This document shows, piece after piece, positions 30,669 through 41,841 of a DNA stretch of 64,000 nucleotides (position 1 is the first letter of the stretch; every line of letters begins with the position of its first letter). Position numbers and translations under genes: made by a program. The notes beneath the pieces were generated by a model. That model worked only from the letters and a program-made list of their open reading frames with translations, did no database searches and was not told the DNA's origin. Origin of the DNA: an uncultured delta proteobacterium (GTDB lineage: Bacteria > Myxococcota > Myxococcia > SLRQ01); assembly GCA_963727485.1 (NCBI GenBank), contig CAVSGM010000005.1, positions 64,001-128,000 on the forward strand, in the 5' to 3' direction.

Positions 30669-33600
30669 GTGCGGCGAGGGTGGCGACAGGGGGCAGGGCG
30701 GGGCGTGGGCCTCCGGGGCACCGGGGGCCTCGCCGTCGTCCTCGCCGGGGCCCTCGCCCTCGGCCTCGGGGCCGCCGCCCGTCCCGCCCGGGCCCAGGTG
30801 TCCGAGGCGCCCCGGGCCGACGGGACCCTCCTCGGCCGGGTCTGCGCCGACGTGAACGGCGACGGCCGGTGCGAGGCCGGGGAGCCGGGCCTCGCGGACC
30901 TCCGGGTCCAGACCAGCACCGGCCTCTCTGCGACCACCGACGCCACCGGCCGCTTCCACCTCGCCGCCGTCCCCGGCCGCACCCCGGCGACGGCCCCCGG
31001 GGGCGTGCCCCTCGAACGCCTGACCCAGGCGGTGGTCACCGTGGACGTGACGCCGCTGGGCCCCGGGACCCGGGCCCCGGCGCCGGTGTGGGTCGACCTG
31101 GTCCCCGGCGCGGTGCACCGCCTGTCCCTCGCCGTGGGCCTGCCCCGGCACCCGGCGGCGGCCCGGATCGAGGCGGGCGCCGGGCTCGGGGGCGGCCTCC
31201 GGGTGCGCCCGGGGGCCAAGGGCCCGGTGCTCCTGGTGCCGGCGAAGGTCCCGACCGGTCACACGGTCACCGTGGACGGCGCCAAGCTGACGGTGGGGGC
31301 CGCCGGCCGGGTGCAGATCCCGGTGCCGCTCGCCGGCCGGGCCCCGGCGGTGACCGTGGTCAATCTCGCCCCCGACGGCCGCCGGCGCGTCGCGGTGCAG
31401 CGGGTGCTCCGGGTCCCGCGACCCGAGGGCGGCGACCTGCTGGTGCCCCAGCCCCTGGCCGTCCTCGCCACCGTGGACCTGCCCCCGGCGGGCGCGGCCC
31501 TGCCCCCGGGACGGCTCCGGGTGCCGATCTCCGCGCCCCCGGGCACCCAGGTGGGCGTCGCCAGCCCCACCGGCCACCTGGGGTCGATGACGGGCATCGG
31601 TCTCACGGTGGGCGACGCGGGCCACGCCGTGCTCTGGGTCCGGGTCCGCGGGCCGGGACCCCGGCGCCTGGAGGTCACGCCGCCGGGGGGCGAGCGGGTC
31701 GCCGTCCCCTTGGCCTACGCGGTGCGCGCGAGCGCCGGGAACACGGCCCTCCTCGCCGCGGACCTGCGCCTGGGCCTCGTAGGCGGGAAGCTCTACGGCG
31801 CCGGACGGATCACCGGCGTCGGCCGCCTCCACCTCCTGGGCGGCACCCTCACCGGGGTCCTCGACGCCGGGGACGCCGACGTGCGCCGCATCCAGGGCGG
31901 CGGGGGCGTGTGGACCCCGAGGCGCCCGGGGACGGTGGCCCGGTGGGCGGACCCGGTGACCGCCGGGGTCGCCTTCGGCGACGCCTCCACCACAAGCGAC
32001 GCCAACCCCCTGGACCTGCCCCTCACCCTTGAGGTGGACCGGGCCCGCGGGGGCGGTGGCCCTGGGCGCCGCCCGCACCGGCCTGGTGACCGGGGAGGTC
32101 GGGCGCCTGGACGTACCCGTGGTCGGCCCGGCCCTCGACCTCCACGGCGACCTGGGGCCGGTGCGCCTCCGGGTCGCGGGCGCCGTGGACGCCTCGGCAA
32201 TCCCCGCCGTCGCCGGCGACGCGGGCCTGGTGCCCATGCACGTGGAGCTCGCGGGCACCGGCGGCGCCGTCTACTGGCTCCCGGGGGCGCCGCTGGCCCC
32301 GGGCGCCGAGCGCATCTGGGTGGAGGTCCGGGACCCGGTCACGGGGCTCGCCGCCAGCCGCCGGCGCCTGGTGCGGGGCCGCGACTACGACCTGGACCCG
32401 GTCACCGGGCGGCTGCTCCTCGCCGCGCCCCTCGGCCTCGCGGGCACCCCGCCCACCGGGCGCCTCGCCGCCTCGGGCCTCGGGTGGGAGACGGTGCTGG
32501 TGGTCGACGACGCCCGCCTCCCGGGCCCGGGGGACGCCGAGACCGCCACCGGCGGGGGCGAGGTCCGGATCGGCGCCGCCGGGATCACCCTGGGGGTGCG
32601 CGCCGCCGGGGTGAACGCCGGGCGCTACGGGATGGTCGGCGCCACCCTGGAGGCGGCGCCGGTGTCCTGGGCGCGCCTCGACGCCAGCGTCGCCCGGAGC
32701 CACGGGTCGCCTCTGGGCCACGGCGACGCCCTCGGCTCCCGGGACGGGGGCCAGAGCTTCGTGAGCCTCGGGGACGAGCCCCTCCCGCCCTCCGGGCTCC
32801 CACCCGGCGTGATGCCGATCTCCCGGGCCGGCGCCGGGACCGCCTACGCCGTGCGCCTGCGCCTCGGGGATCCGTCGCAGACCGGGTTGATGCTCTGGGG
32901 CCGCTCGGTGGACCCGGGCTACCGCGACGGCACCCTCGACGCCCCGGAGGGCGAGCGGAGCTTCGGCGGGGCCGGTCGCCTCACCCTGGGCCCGGTGCGC
33001 CTCGCCGTGGACGGCGCCCGGCGCCTGGGCCGCAGCGCCCGGCTGGATCTGGGGGGCCGCGTCGACGCGCGCACCCTCGACGCCCGGGCCTCGGTGGCCC
33101 TGGGGCCTTTGACCCTCGCCGCCGAGGGCCAGTGGCACCGCCTGGCGGACGCCTCCCTGGGCCTCGACGGCAGCGCCACCGCCGCGGGCCTCGAGGTCGC
33201 CTGGCGCGTCCTCCCGCGGCTCACCGTCCTCGCCGGGCGCCTCCAGGGTCTGGCCCGGTCCGGCACCGGCCCCGGGGGCCTCGATCCCACCTTCACCTCG
33301 GTGGGCGTGCGCCTCCGGCTCCCCGGGGGCCGGCGCCTCGACGCCCGGGGCGGGCTCCACGACGACGGGCGCCCGGCGGCAAGCTTCCAGCTCACCGGCC
33401 CCGCCGGCCCCGGGGCCACCGCCTACACCGGCTTCGCGGCCACCGCCGACGGCCCCTGGACCGGCCAGGGGGTCAGCTCGGTGAGCGGGGCGCGGCAGGT
33501 GCTGATGCCCGGCGTCGCCGTCTACGCCGAGTCCCGGGTCGACGCCGGAAACGTCCTCGGGGGCCCGGCGGTGGCCGGGGCGTCGATGCCGGCCGGGGAC

Positions 33601-34428
33601 GCGGCCCTCCCGTCCGCCGGCGCGCCCACCGCCGGGGACGCGGTCGGGGGCACCCTGGCCTCCGGGGCGCTGCACCTGGGCCTCGCCTACGAGCGCGCCC
33701 GGCGCCTCGACAATCCAGCGGCCCGGGTCCGCGACGCGGTCCACGGACGGGTCGGCCTGGTGGTCCCGGGCCTCTCGGTCTCGGCCTTCGGCGAGGTCAT
33801 CCGGGTGCCCGCCCTCGACGGTGGGCCCTTCGAGCGCCAGTGGGCCGCCGGCCTCACGGCCACGGGTGCCCCCACCCGGACCCTGGCCCTCGGGGGCGCC
33901 TTCGAGATCGAGCGGACGCCCCTGGACCCGGGCCCCGGCCTCCGGGGCGTCGCCGACGTCACCTGGCGCCCGGTCGCGGCCCCCGTCGTCGGCCTCCACT
34001 ACGGCCTCCGGCAGGATCGCCGCGCCGGGGACGGGCTGCGCCACCGGACCCACCTCGGGCGCCTGACCCTGGTGGCCGGGGGGCTCCCGGGCCCGGAGCT
34101 CACGGTGGTCGGGCGCCTCGCCGTCGACGAGGTCCTCGACGCGCCGCCACTGCGCACCGCGGCGCGGGCGGCGGTGGCCGAGGCCCGCCTCGGGTGGCCG
34201 GTGTGGCGCCTGGAGCCGGCCATAGAGCTCGGCGTCCGCCGGGTCTGGGGCGGCCGGCTCCCGGCGGCCACGGATCCCACGGCGAGGGTGGAGGTCACGG
34301 TGAAGCTGGCGACCTTCCAGGTGGGGGTCGGCGCGGTGCTCGCGGGCTTCGCCGGGACCGGCCTTCAGACCGCCACCGGGGATCCGGTGCCGCCGCGGAT
34401 CTACCTCGTGCTCCGGGGGACCCTGTGA
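30669..34428 (+). CDS. Very large putative outer-membrane beta-barrel protein with N-terminal SdrD-like domain, frameshifted near 32030
   Basis: Signal peptide; GRVCADVNGDGRCEAGEPGL..TTDATGRFH; GAERIWVEVRDPVTG..LVRGRDYDLDPVTGRLLL; long amphipathic strand run ending RIYLVLRGTL. Start uncertain. Confidence 0.65.
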
Positions 34429-34478
34429 GCCGGCGACCCCAGGTGCGCACCGCCTCCCGGCGCGGTACCCTCTACCCG

Positions 34479-37230
34479 ATGTCCCGCCGGGCCCGAACGC
34501 GCCGGCGCGGCGCGGCCTCCGTGGCCCGCCTCGCCGCCGCCCTCCTCGCCGCCGGTCTGACGGCCGCCGTCCCCGGCGTCGCCCGGGCCCAGGCCTTCCA
34601 CGCCGTGGCGCCCGCCCAGCTCCCGGCGGCGCCCATCCAGGACCTGGTGGTGCGGGGGGGCACGGGCTGGGCGGCGGCCTGGGACGGGAGCACGGTGACC
34701 GTCTACCCGGTGACCTTCTCCACCACCGCGCCGCCGACGGTGGGAGCCACCGCGGCCACCAGCTTCGCCTCGACGACCGCCCCGGACCTCGCCTACGACG
34801 GAACCATCGTCCTGGTGACCAGCTCCGGGGGCCTCCACCGCCGCGACGCCACCGGCGCCTGGACCCTGCCACCCCTCGCCGGGCTCCTCGGGGCCCGGGG
34901 CGTGGGCCTCGACGCCAGCGGCACGGTGGGGACCGCCGCCCTCACCGCCGTCCCGGCGGCGGGCAACGTGGGCGTGAGCGGCGACACCGGGGCCACCTGG
35001 ACGGCGAGCACGGTGGGCAGCGTCTCGTCGTCCTACGAGCGGGTGGCGGTGTGGGGGCAGGGCGTCGTCCTGGTCCCCGCCAGCGTCCCCGACACCCTCA
35101 TGGGCAGCACCAACGGCGGGAGCACCTGGACCGCGCTCCAGGCGTCGTCGACGGGCCTGGACGGCACCGCCGACGTCCTGGCCACCGCCTCGGGCTTCCT
35201 GGTGGTCGGCCCCGCCGGCGCCTTCCTCGCCACCCCCGACGCCGGGACCCCGGTCACCGATCTGAGCGACGCCGGGGGCCCGGGCTTCATCCGGGTGGGC
35301 GACGACGGGACCCTGGCCTGGATCCTCGACGCCGCCGGCGGCCTCTGGGACGTGGACCCCACGGCGCCGACCTGGCCCGCCGCCGCGCCCTTCGACACCA
35401 CGGTGACCACGCCGCTGGCCCTCTCGGTGGACGGGCCCGACCAGAATCCTGGTGGCCGGCCAGGCGGGTGGGGCGCCGGCCCTGGTGTGGCGCAACCGGC
35501 CGCCGGTGATCACCACTCCGCCTGCGGCGACGAGCCTCACCGAGGGGGGCTCCGGCGTCGACCTCACCGTCGCCGGCACCGACCCCGACGGAGACCCGGT
35601 GACCGCCGCCTGGACCTGCCCGGGCCTCACCGGGGCGGCCTTCTCCCCGGCGGCCGGTCTCACCACCCACCTCACCGTCGCCGACGACCCGAGCTTCTGC
35701 CCGGCGGACCCGGCCAAGGTCGTGGACTGCAGCGTCACCCTCGCCGACCCCGAGCCGCGCACCTCGGCGGCCGGGACCTTCCAGGTCACCGTCGCCGGCG
35801 CCGACACCACCGCGCCCACGGTGGCGACCCCGGTGATCTCGCCTGCGGGCCAGGTGACCCCGGGGACGGCCATGAGCGCCACGGTGACCGCCAGCGACGC
35901 CTGCGGGATCCACGGCCAGGCCTGGGAGGTGCGGGATCCGTCGGGGAACGTGGTCCCCGGGGACACCGGGACCGGGGCGACCTTCAGCTTCGCGGCGCCG
36001 CCGGTCGTGGCCGGGGCGCCGACGGTCTACACGGTCCACGTGACCGTGAGCGACCCCAACGGGAACAGCGCCACCGGCGACGCCACGTTCACCGTGGTCC
36101 CGGCGGCGCCGGCGATCACCGTGGGCTGCCCGGCGTCGCTCCCGGCGGGCCAGACCACCACCGTGCGCGCCACGCCCACCGCCGCCAGCGGGCCGGTGGA
36201 CTCGGTGAGCTGGACCCCGGCGCCTCCGGGGCAGGGGGACGTGGCCACCACGATCGCCGCCGACGGGAGCCTGGCGCTCACCCCCGACGCCTGCGCGCCC
36301 GCGGAGACCGTGGACATTGCCGCCACCGCCACCGGGCCCGGGGGGACCTCGGCCGTGGTGACCTGCCCGGCGGTGCCGGTGGTCCCCGGGCCCCACGCGC
36401 CCACGGTGGACGTGCCCGCGTCGCTCACGGTGCCGCTGGGGCCGGCCGGCGGCCAGGCGACCCTCACCGCCACCGTGGGCAGCGGCTGCGCCGGCGCCAC
36501 CGTGGCCCTGGCCTGGGACCTCTCGGGGCTCCCGGCGGCGGCCCGGCCCGCCTCGCCGCCCGTAGGCGGGGCGCCCGGGGCCTACGACCTGCCCATCTCC
36601 GTGGCGGCGGCGGACGTGGCGGCGGTCCTCGGGCCCACCGGTGCGCGCACGGCGACGGTCCGGCTCACGGTCACCGACGACGCCGGCGGGACCCCGGTGA
36701 CCAAGACCATCTCCGTGCACTTCGTCGCCCGGGCCACCCTGGCGGTGGACCTGTCGCTCCCCGGGCGCCGGTCGGTGGCCCCCGGGGACCTGGTGGCGGT
36801 GACGGCCACGGTCCACGCCGACGTGCCCCTCGGGGGCCTCGCCCTCGACCTCGCCGGCCGGGGGCTCACGCCGGTGCCGGGGACCGCGTCGGCCGTGGCC
36901 GGGGTCTGCGGCGCCGGCACCCCGCGCCTGGTGGCGGGGAAGGGTGGGGCCGTGACCCTGGGCCTCGGCGACGTCGGGGGCGGCTGTGATCGCGTGGTCC
37001 GGTTCCTCGCCCGACGGGGCTTCGGCGAGGGGGCCCTCTCGGTCACCCGCTGCACCTGGGGCGGCGGAAACCAGGTGAGCTGCGCCGGGGGGCTCACGGT
37101 GGCGCGGGGCTCGGTGGTCGGGTGCAGCGCCGCCGGGGGGCCGGCGGGGTGGGGGAGCCTCCTGGTGGTCCTCGGGCTCGTGGCCCTCCGGCGCCGGCGC
37201 TCCCGGCTCCCCGGTGTCGGCCCCGTGTGA
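34479..37230 (+). CDS. Surface protein: Asp-box propeller, Ig/PKD-like domains, DUF11-like domain, MYXO-CTERM-like tail; frameshifted at 35445
   Basis: Signal ending ARA; SGDTGATW and STNGGSTW Asp boxes; NRPP..DPDGDP; SVAPGDLVAVTATV..GLTPVPGTA; tail VVGCSAAGGPAGWGSLLVVLGLVALRRRR. Confidence 0.78.
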
Positions 37231-37246
37231 TAGACCGTCGGGCGCC

Positions 37247-38275
37247 ATGGCCTTCGAAGACGTCCTCGGCCACGACCGGCCCCTGGGCCAGCTCCGCGCC
37301 GCCCTCGCCTCCGGTCGGGTCCACCACGCCTACCTCTTCACCGGCCCCGAGGGGGTCGGCAAGGAGCGCGTGGCCCTGCGCCTGGCCCAGGCCCTCGAGT
37401 GCCTCGCCGACGACCCGGCGGCGCGGCCCTGTCTTGCCTGCGACGCCTGCCGCCGGGTCGAGCACGGGAACCACCCCGACGTGGTCCTGGCCATGCCCGA
37501 GGCCGAGCGGGTGGCGCGCAAGCTGCTCTCGCGCGGCGACCTCGACAAGGCGCCCAGCCGCGACCTGCGGGTCGCCGACATCCGGGCCCTGGAGCACCGC
37601 ATCCGCCTCCCGGCCACCGAGGGGCGCCACAAGGTCATCATCGTGGTCCCCGCCGAGCGGATGAACCAGGCGGCCCAGAACGCCCTGCTCAAGACCCTCG
37701 AGGAGCCCCCGGCGGCGACCACGCTCATCCTGGTCACCGCGGCCGAGGGGGCGCTCCTGCCCACCATCCGCTCCCGGTGCGCCCGGGTGGTCTTCGCGCC
37801 CCTGCCGGTGGAGCTGGTGGCGGCCGAGGTGGCGTCGCGCACCGGGGTCGACGCCGGCACCGCCCGGGTGGTGGCCACCCTGGCCGGCGGCTCCCTGGGC
37901 GCGGCCCTGGCGCTCGATCCGGAGACCGTCGCCGCCCGGCAGTCCCTGGTGGCCGCGGTGCGCGCCCTGGATCCGGCCGACGGCCTCTCGCTCACCGGCT
38001 TCGCCGACGCCTTCGCCCCCGACCGGGACACCGCCGACCGCAACCTGGGCCTGGTGGCCCTCTGGTACCGGGACGTCCTGGCGGTGCAGGCGGGCGCCGA
38101 TCGGGCGCTGCTGGCCAACGCCGACCTCGAGGCCGAGGCCCGCGCCGACGCCGAGCGCCACGGGCCCCGGGCCCTCCTCGGGCGCCTGGCGGCGGTGGAC
38201 GTCGCCCGGCGTGACCTTGGGCGCAACGTCAACCCCCGCCTCGCCCTCGAGGCCATGGTCGCGAGGTTCCCCTGA
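37247..38275 (+). CDS. holB: DNA polymerase III delta-prime subunit
   Basis: HHAYLFTGPEGVGK, CLACDAC, HPDV, AERMNQAAQNALLKTLEEPP, LLPTIRSRC. Confidence 0.95.
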   Translation: MAFEDVLGHDRPLGQLRAALASGRVHHAYLFTGPEGVGKERVALRLAQALECLADDPAARPCLACDACRRVEHGNHPDVVLAMPEAERVARKLLSRGDLDKAPSRDLRVADIRALEHRIRLPATEGRHKVIIVVPAERMNQAAQNALLKTLEEPPAATTLILVTAAEGALLPTIRSRCARVVFAPLPVELVAAEVASRTGVDAGTARVVATLAGGSLGAALALDPETVAARQSLVAAVRALDPADGLSLTGFADAFAPDRDTADRNLGLVALWYRDVLAVQAGADRALLANADLEAEARADAERHGPRALLGRLAAVDVARRDLGRNVNPRLALEAMVARFP

Positions 38276-39591
38276 TGGCCGGCGGACCCACCGTGGCGCA
38301 GCTCCTCGCCGACGCCAAGGCCGGGGACCTGGCGCCGGTCTACCTCTTCTCCGGCGACGAGTTCCTGGTCCGCCAGGCCGTCGACCAGCTGGTGGACCAG
38401 GTGGTCCCCGCGGGCGCCCGGGACTTCAACCTGGTGCGCCTCGACGGCGCCGAGGCCGACGCCCGGGCCATCGCCGGCCACCTGGCCCAGGTGCCCATGT
38501 TCCCCGGGGTCAAGCTGGTGGTGGTCCACGACACCACGCTGCTCACCGGCAAGGCCGACCTCACCGCCGAGGTCACCCGGGCGCTGACCCTGCTGGCCGA
38601 CGACAAGCCCGTCCCCGCGGCCCGGCGGATCCTCGCGGTGCTGGCCAAGGGCGGGTGGGCCGTCGCCGACCTCACCGACGCCTCGCCGGGCAAGTGGCAC
38701 AAGGACCTGGGCGTCGACCCCGACGCCCTCGACGCCGACGCCCTGGCGCGTCTGCGGCAGGTGGCCGAGGCCGAGGGCATGAAGGTGCCCGAGTCCGAGA
38801 CCGACACCCTGGAGAAGCTCCTCGACGGGGGCGCGCCCGGGCAGAACCGCCTGGTGCTCACCTGCGCCAAGCCCGACCGGCGCCTGACCATCACCAAGCG
38901 CATCGAGAAGCTCGGGGTCCACGTCCACCTCGAGGCGGAGCAGAAGGGCCGGAGCGTCGACACCCTCGACATCGGCGCGGTCACCTCCCGCATCCTCGGC
39001 GACCACGGCAAGCGCCTCGACCGGGAGGCCGAGCTCGCCCTGAAGCGGGCCATCGGCGGGGAGATGCGCCTGCTGGCCGGTGAGCTGGAGAAGCTCTGCC
39101 TCTACGTCGGCGACCGCAAGGTCATCACCACCGGCGACGTGCTCGCCGTGGGCGTCACCCGGGTCCGCGAGGAGGCGTTCTGGGAGCTGGGGAGCGCCGC
39201 CACCGAGCGCAACCTCCGGGCGGCGCTCTGGTTCGCCCACGACGCCTTCGACCACGGGCGCCACCCCATCCCCATGGTGGCGAGCATCGCCTCGGCGCTC
39301 CGGCGGACCCTCCAGGTGCGCACCGTCGCCGATCGCCACGGGGTGCGCGGGCGGCCGCGGCAGCTCCCGCCGGCGGTGGTCGACGAGGTGGCCGCGGTGC
39401 GCGGCGGCAAGAAGCCGCACCCCTTCGCGCTGCTCAAGGAGTGGGAGCGGAGCATGGCCTGGCGGTCGAGCGGCGCCCTGGCCGAGGGCCTCGCCCTCTG
39501 CCGCGACGCCGACCGGGACCTCAAGACCTCCCGGGGCGCGCCGCGGCTGGTGGTCGAGCGCCTCCTGATGCGCCTCTGCGCCGAGGGGTAG
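38275..39591 (+). CDS. holA: DNA polymerase III delta subunit (long form)
   Basis: APVYLFSGDEFL, DFNLVRLDG, PMF, ELEKLCLY, DRDLKTS..LVVERL; TGATG overlap with holB. Confidence 0.88.
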   Translation: MAGGPTVAQLLADAKAGDLAPVYLFSGDEFLVRQAVDQLVDQVVPAGARDFNLVRLDGAEADARAIAGHLAQVPMFPGVKLVVVHDTTLLTGKADLTAEVTRALTLLADDKPVPAARRILAVLAKGGWAVADLTDASPGKWHKDLGVDPDALDADALARLRQVAEAEGMKVPESETDTLEKLLDGGAPGQNRLVLTCAKPDRRLTITKRIEKLGVHVHLEAEQKGRSVDTLDIGAVTSRILGDHGKRLDREAELALKRAIGGEMRLLAGELEKLCLYVGDRKVITTGDVLAVGVTRVREEAFWELGSAATERNLRAALWFAHDAFDHGRHPIPMVASIASALRRTLQVRTVADRHGVRGRPRQLPPAVVDEVAAVRGGKKPHPFALLKEWERSMAWRSSGALAEGLALCRDADRDLKTSRGAPRLVVERLLMRLCAEG

Positions 39592-39666
39592 GACCCGGAC
39601 GCACCTGGGCTGACGTGGCTTGGGGACCGCAGGGCTTGGTAGAGTGTCCGCTGGAGGGACATCACC

Positions 39667-41841
39667 ATGCGCACTCGCCCCACGCCTCGTCTCCTGATCC
39701 TCGTCCTCGGCCTGGCCCTCGTCGGCACCGCCTGCGGCAGCGTCGCCCCGGCGCCCCCGGCGCGCCTCGACGGCGGCGGCGGGACCGGAGGCGACGGCGG
39801 CACCGTGACCGACGGCGGGACGACGAGCGATGGCGGGGCGACCAGCGACGGCGGGACCACGGGTGACGGCGGCACCGTGACCGACGGCGGGACGACCACG
39901 GACGGCGGGACGACCACGGACGGCGGGACGAGCACCGACGGCGGCACCACCACCACGGATGGCGGGACGACCACCGACGGCGGCACCCCCACCGACGGCG
40001 GCACCACGAGCTGCACCATCGACGCCGCCTCGGCCGTCACCGCCACCAGCAGCTGCCTCACCCTGAACGCCGGGGCCCAGGCCGTGGTCGCCGTGAGCCT
40101 GGTCGACGGCAACGGAAACCCCCTCACCGGGGCCACGGTCACCTTCAACACCACCGGCGATCCGGCGACCTGGGTGGAGCCGGCGGTGGTCGAGTCCACC
40201 GGCAAGCCCGGGACCTACTACCGGACCCTGGCCTCGCCCATCGGCGGCACCAGCACCACCGTGAGCGTCAGCGCCAGCGCCTGCGGCCAGGACGTCACCC
40301 TGACCCAGACGGTCACGGTCACCTACGCCCCGGCGGTGGGCTTCGCCCAGGGTGGCACCGGGGGCTGCTCGCCCCAGGACGGGAACGTCCGCGTCCGGGT
40401 GATCGACCCGGCCACCGGCCAGCCCATCCAGGGTGCCTTCGTGATGGTCGGCAACCAGCCCGACGCCGCCGCCTTTACCTCCGACTACGAGACCTGGCTC
40501 ACCGGCGGCACCGGGAGCGGGGCCAACACCGCCACCACCGACGCCCAGGGCTACGCCCTCTTCTCCGACGTGAGCTCGGGCCTCGACGGCGCCAAGACCA
40601 TCACCGCCGGCGCCGCCAACCGGGCCTACATGACCCTCGAGGGCGTGGGCACCTCCGACGTGGTCCTGCCCCTGCCGCTCACCAGCCCCGCGGTGCAGAC
40701 CGCGAGCCTCCAGGGAACCTCCACCCCGGCCTACGTCACCAACACCGACAACAATGTCGAGGTGGCCTTGGTGGGGCCGCCCCAGGGGCTCTCCGCCTTC
40801 GCCGACTTCAACCTCGGGGACCTCCTGGGGGCCGACCGGCCCACCACCGTGGGCGGCACCGGCTGCTTCGTGAACCAGACCCTGCAAATCCCCGGAAACG
40901 TCGAGGTGCCCGCCCAGAGCCTGGGCGCCTGCCAGATCACCGCCACCCCGCCCGAGTGGACCGTCACCGTGCCTCAGGCGGCCGCCACCGATCTCGTCTC
41001 GCTCCAGGCCCACGCCAATCCCCTGAGCCTCGGCGGCGGGGGCACCACCGCGCTCCTCGCGGCCCTGCAGCTCGACCAGCTCGGCCTGCTCACCGGGCAG
41101 GACGCCACCCAGGACCACACGGGCCTGACCATCGACCTCACTGCCGCCCTCTCGGCCACCATGCCGGTCCGGATCACCGGGGCGCCCCAGGGCGATCTCT
41201 ACGCCTTCGCTCTCGGCGACCTCGACGGGCTCAACGGCACCGGCCGCCTGGCCATCGAGGGCCTCTCGGTGACCCGAAACCGCACCCTCGCCAACCCCAC
41301 CCTCACCACCGCCGCGGCGGCGGGCGGCCTCACCGGGATGCGCCACCTGGCCGTCGCCATCGACCGCATCCGGGGCGGCGGGACCTCGACCCTCCTCGAC
41401 CGCGTGACCACCGGCCCCACGGCGAGGCGCACCTTCCAGGGCTTCTTCAACGCCCCCCAGGCGGCCATCACCACCGGCACCTTCCACTGGAACGACGTCC
41501 ACACCCCGCAGAGCCCCCCGGACTACAGCCTCGCCCGGTCGGTCCTGGCGCGGCTCACGCCGCTGAACGCCTACCAGGACCAGAGCGAGCCCTTCTGGAT
41601 CGTCTACACCCCGTCGGGGACCCGGTCGTTCGCCCTGCCCACCCTCCCGAGCTCGGCGCCCCGGGCGAGCGACAACGGCTACCTGGTCCCGGACAGCACC
41701 CTGAACCAGACCAACAGCTGGCACCTCGGGCTCTACTATCTGGGGCTGGCCCCGGGGACCGTGGACCTGGCGAGCTTCGAGCTCGCGTCCACGATCCCCG
41801 AGGTGACCCAGACGGCGGGTGACGACGTCACCCTGCCGTGA
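39667..41841 (+). CDS. Lipoprotein with TDGG low-complexity linker and Ig-like/carboxypeptidase-regulatory-like domains
   Basis: Lipobox VGTAC; LVDGNGNPLTGATVTF; VIDPATGQPIQGAFV; TTDAQG. Confidence 0.8.
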   Translation: MRTRPTPRLLILVLGLALVGTACGSVAPAPPARLDGGGGTGGDGGTVTDGGTTSDGGATSDGGTTGDGGTVTDGGTTTDGGTTTDGGTSTDGGTTTTDGGTTTDGGTPTDGGTTSCTIDAASAVTATSSCLTLNAGAQAVVAVSLVDGNGNPLTGATVTFNTTGDPATWVEPAVVESTGKPGTYYRTLASPIGGTSTTVSVSASACGQDVTLTQTVTVTYAPAVGFAQGGTGGCSPQDGNVRVRVIDPATGQPIQGAFVMVGNQPDAAAFTSDYETWLTGGTGSGANTATTDAQGYALFSDVSSGLDGAKTITAGAANRAYMTLEGVGTSDVVLPLPLTSPAVQTASLQGTSTPAYVTNTDNNVEVALVGPPQGLSAFADFNLGDLLGADRPTTVGGTGCFVNQTLQIPGNVEVPAQSLGACQITATPPEWTVTVPQAAATDLVSLQAHANPLSLGGGGTTALLAALQLDQLGLLTGQDATQDHTGLTIDLTAALSATMPVRITGAPQGDLYAFALGDLDGLNGTGRLAIEGLSVTRNRTLANPTLTTAAAAGGLTGMRHLAVAIDRIRGGGTSTLLDRVTTGPTARRTFQGFFNAPQAAITTGTFHWNDVHTPQSPPDYSLARSVLARLTPLNAYQDQSEPFWIVYTPSGTRSFALPTLPSSAPRASDNGYLVPDSTLNQTNSWHLGLYYLGLAPGTVDLASFELASTIPEVTQTAGDDVTLP
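39769..40010 (+). repeat. Imperfect 18-bp tandem repeat encoding (DGGTTT)n
   Basis: About 13 gacggcgg-initiated units. Confidence 0.85.

Noticed and set aside
30669..36989. 2106-aa giant ORF
   Set aside because: Chimera of the real N-termini of two genes joined by off-frame Arg/Gly/Pro-rich translation caused by frameshifts at ~32030 and 35445.
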